From: a candidate division WWE3 bacterium UBA1401
Lineage (GTDB): Bacteria > Patescibacteriota > WWE3 > UBA101185 > UBA10185
Assembly: GCA_002305115.1 (NCBI GenBank)
Contig: DBQF01000001.1
Span: forward strand, 160,916 to 224,915
Length of the DNA stretch: 64,000 bases
Reading direction: 5' to 3'
Each line of letters starts with the position of its first letter. Within the stretch, counting starts at the first letter, position 1. The notes below the pieces were generated by a model. It searched no databases and was not told the origin of the DNA. It saw only the letters and a program-made list of their open reading frames with translations. The position numbers and the translations under genes are program-made. Positions 61,712 to 64,000 of the stretch are shown piece by piece.

Positions 61712-63610
61712 GTGGATGGTAAATCCCTAGGACGAGAAGAAATATATGGAATAGTTGCAGCATATAAAGGAAATGGAGAAGGTATCTCTGGGGGTGAGGG
61801 TGAAGTAAGCAGAATGGAGATAATTGAATCTGTTGCAGATACTCTTACTAGAGAATATGAACTTATAGGTAAATTGAGCACAGCCAGAGGACAAGATAGC
61901 CCCTTCAGAAGAGAGTTGGACTATGATTTCACTGAAGCAATCTCCCCCGCATTTGTAGAGCAACTGACTCCTGTAGAGCAACGCATTAAACGTAGTGATT
62001 CTCTAGCACTACATTATGCAATAGCTACTGGTGGTGTAGATCACGTGCTAGAGACTTATTTAGATAGTCTAACCCCGGAGGAATTAGCTGAAGTTAAAAA
62101 AGATGACGATAAACTCCTAGGGGTCACTGCAGAAGTTGTGGCTAAGTTTGTAGTAAAGCAGCGAGAAAAAAGCGGAGAAGATGAATTAGTTGAAAAATTT
62201 CCTGATGCTCCAACAACAGGTTTTGAATTTGAATATACTGATCCCTTAAGAGCTCTTACAAATGAGCTTTATCATTGCCCCAGACGTTTGGCCATTTTAC
62301 GTGCTTTGCTTAATAATGATGAAGCCCAATTGCGGCAATCCATTATTGATAAGGAAGATGTGGCGTACTTTGATGAACTAAAGGCTGCTGCGTTAAAGGC
62401 AATTACAGCGGATAATCCCAATGGGGATCGTGCCTATGTTGAACAAGAAGTTAGGAGTCAGGAAGCTTATCAAGCTTATTTACTTAAACATACTAGGGCC
62501 TACCAAGGGATGGATTTACAAACAAGACTTGAGTGTGGTATGAGGTATACTCTCCAGACTGCGGCAGCTGCTCAAATTGCTGCTGAAGTAAAACAGCTTT
62601 CACAACTGAGAAATTCTGCTGAGGAACCTTCAGATTCTGAGAGAGCTATCCTTGAAAGACCTCTGCATCTTGTTTTAGGCAATTTGCAGGTTTCTCAAGG
62701 TGAGGATCTGACTATTCGGGATGTTAATGCTATTAGGTTACTAGTCCCCAGCCCAGCTAAGCGGCTGGAGGCTTTTGCCCCTTTTAGAGTTAAGGATGAG
62801 CTATTTTCCCAGGAGGAGCTAATAACTGATCCTTCTGTGTCAGTTAGAATGCAATTAAGAGATTTTGTCTATGCGGCGAGAGCTGGTGCTTTTAGTGATA
62901 GGCTTAGTGTTCATCAGACTATTGGGGGCGTTGAACTTAACCCTGAAAGGACAGACTTTATGGAAGTAACAGCTATCCTAGACGCGGCAGACTATAATTC
63001 TCCTGGTAGAGATGTTTCAGAAACTCTTCTAGAAGTGATTGAAGCTGGGCACAGCGCATTCTCTGATCCTTATAGGAAAATTTCCACTTGTGTTGATGGT
63101 GGCAAATACTATTTTCCATATCACAAAGTTAGGAGTGAGAATGCCGCAGTAGCTTACCCTCAAGATAAAAGGCCTCTAGTAGAACTACGTGCAAAAAGGG
63201 CGTTCTATCCACAGGTGTCTTTTGCTGCACACGTTAGAGCCAGTACTTTTACCTGGTTAGCTGCCTGGGGAGAACAAGCTGCAAATATTGAAGATGCAAG
63301 TAGAACTCCTCAACAGCGCGACCTGGCAGATGCGTGGACAACCTTGCTATCTGATTGGTCTCACGTTTTGAAAACAAAGGACATTTATCAACCTCAAGGA
63401 TCTGAAAGGTATCAGGATGTAAAAGAGTCTGAAGGGCACGTGGCAATTGTAGGTGAGGAAAAGTATTCATTATATATAGACCGTATTGTTGCTCGAAGGA
63501 TAAGAGAACAACAGCAGCAGATTTCTAACAATTCTGATTCACTTCAATATCAGGCTAGAAGGCTTATAACAGAATATGACAAGAAGGTAAAGGCTATTAT
63601 TGGTTATTAA
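61712..63610 (+). CDS. orphan protein (about 632 aa); possible glutamine-synthetase-like carboxylate-amine ligase core
   Basis: Long ORF. GTG 61712 lies 6 nt after TATAAT (61700-61705). Alternative starts are TTG 61652 and ATG 61814. GFEFEY, SVHQTIGG and LVELRAKR are spaced like the GxExE, H and ExR motifs of GS-like amidoligases; the match is weak. Confidence 0.5.
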   Translation: MDGKSLGREEIYGIVAAYKGNGEGISGGEGEVSRMEIIESVADTLTREYELIGKLSTARGQDSPFRRELDYDFTEAISPAFVEQLTPVEQRIKRSDSLALHYAIATGGVDHVLETYLDSLTPEELAEVKKDDDKLLGVTAEVVAKFVVKQREKSGEDELVEKFPDAPTTGFEFEYTDPLRALTNELYHCPRRLAILRALLNNDEAQLRQSIIDKEDVAYFDELKAAALKAITADNPNGDRAYVEQEVRSQEAYQAYLLKHTRAYQGMDLQTRLECGMRYTLQTAAAAQIAAEVKQLSQLRNSAEEPSDSERAILERPLHLVLGNLQVSQGEDLTIRDVNAIRLLVPSPAKRLEAFAPFRVKDELFSQEELITDPSVSVRMQLRDFVYAARAGAFSDRLSVHQTIGGVELNPERTDFMEVTAILDAADYNSPGRDVSETLLEVIEAGHSAFSDPYRKISTCVDGGKYYFPYHKVRSENAAVAYPQDKRPLVELRAKRAFYPQVSFAAHVRASTFTWLAAWGEQAANIEDASRTPQQRDLADAWTTLLSDWSHVLKTKDIYQPQGSERYQDVKESEGHVAIVGEEKYSLYIDRIVARRIREQQQQISNNSDSLQYQARRLITEYDKKVKAIIGY

Positions 63611-63629
63611 CTATACTATTCCGCGCTCG

Positions 63630-64000
63630 TTATATTTCTTTTAGTAAGTAGCTACCCCAAACAAGGCTGTGGGCGGTACACCTTCTACTCTGTTTCCAAA
63701 AAAATGTGCTGGGAATAAGAATTGCCCAAACAGAAACACCTTGTAGAAGCCAAAATTGAAGAAATTTCCGCCAGATTTCTCTTATGCCGTAAAACCTTTT
63801 GTCTTTCTTAATCTTTTTGATTCGGATAGAAAGATAGCCCTCTAGTCTAATAGCCCAGATAGAGATCATTGTTACTAGTATTAGAGCAAGAAGGGTTATT
63901 CCTGTCTTTAACAAAGCATAAAGTGAAACAATTATGAATGTTAAAGCATAAGAAACGTCTGTAAGTTTGTCTGTTTTGCGCAGGTATGTGGGTATGAACA
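63630..64000 (-). CDS. membrane protein, 5' end outside window (possible CDP-alcohol phosphatidyltransferase C-terminal part)
   Basis: The frame stays open from TTG 63914 to the window edge. There are 3-4 hydrophobic segments. DKLTD (DxxxD) near the edge is only weak support for the family call. Confidence 0.45.
   Translation of the reverse strand, partial: FIPTYLRKTDKLTDVSYALTFIIVSLYALLKTGITLLALILVTMISIWAIRLEGYLSIRIKKIKKDKRFYGIREIWRKFLQFWLLQGVSVWAILIPSTFFWKQSRRCTAHSLVWGSYLLKEI

Noticed and set aside
1-64000. CRISPR arrays, tRNA or rRNA genes and tandem repeats
   Set aside because: Scanning the intergenic regions by eye gave no regularly spaced direct repeats, no T-loop/acceptor-stem pattern and no rRNA-like sequence. 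A tRNAscan or CRISPR finder would be needed to exclude them formally.

Overview
This is a gene-dense, low-GC 64-kb bacterial window. Many small housekeeping genes, many orphan membrane proteins and no fatty-acid synthase suggest a Patescibacteria/CPR-like genome, but that is inference only. (1) Bases 1-19.3 kb carry housekeeping and envelope genes: ftsK (5' partial), a RodZ-like gene, a VirD4/TraG-like ATPase followed by an 882-aa orphan, an FtsA/PilM-like ATPase, ruvX, a HAD hydrolase, miaB-miaA, an AI-2E transporter, a compact RNase P RNA on the minus strand, mltG, and SIMPL, BON and DUF72 proteins. (2) Bases 19.76-23.28 kb form a clearly GC-richer island. It holds five self-contained promoter/leader/SD/ORF/terminator cassettes encoding six orphan small proteins: three lipoproteins, two signal-anchored proteins and one zinc-ribbon protein. 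(3) Bases 23.3-55.4 kb form a surface-glycan locus of about 32 kb. It contains a seven-gene ACP-dependent acyl module (ACP, FabG-like, AMP-ligase, LuxE-like, LuxC-like, AcpS, LbH acyltransferase). It also has WbpB-like and DegT-type amino-sugar genes, two amidotransferases, a CapK-like ligase, three methyltransferases, one GT2, three GT4, two flippases and several GT-C-like membrane proteins. (4) Bases 55.5-64 kb carry orphan proteins, a half-size AI-2E paralog, an alkyltransferase-like (ATL) protein, another GT-C-like protein and a 3'-edge partial membrane protein. First genes of host transcription units have -10 boxes 6-8 nt from the start codon, which suggests leaderless mRNAs; the island genes do not. 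I found no tRNA, rRNA, CRISPR, transposase or integrase. All functional calls rest on motifs read by eye from the translations; no database search was possible.
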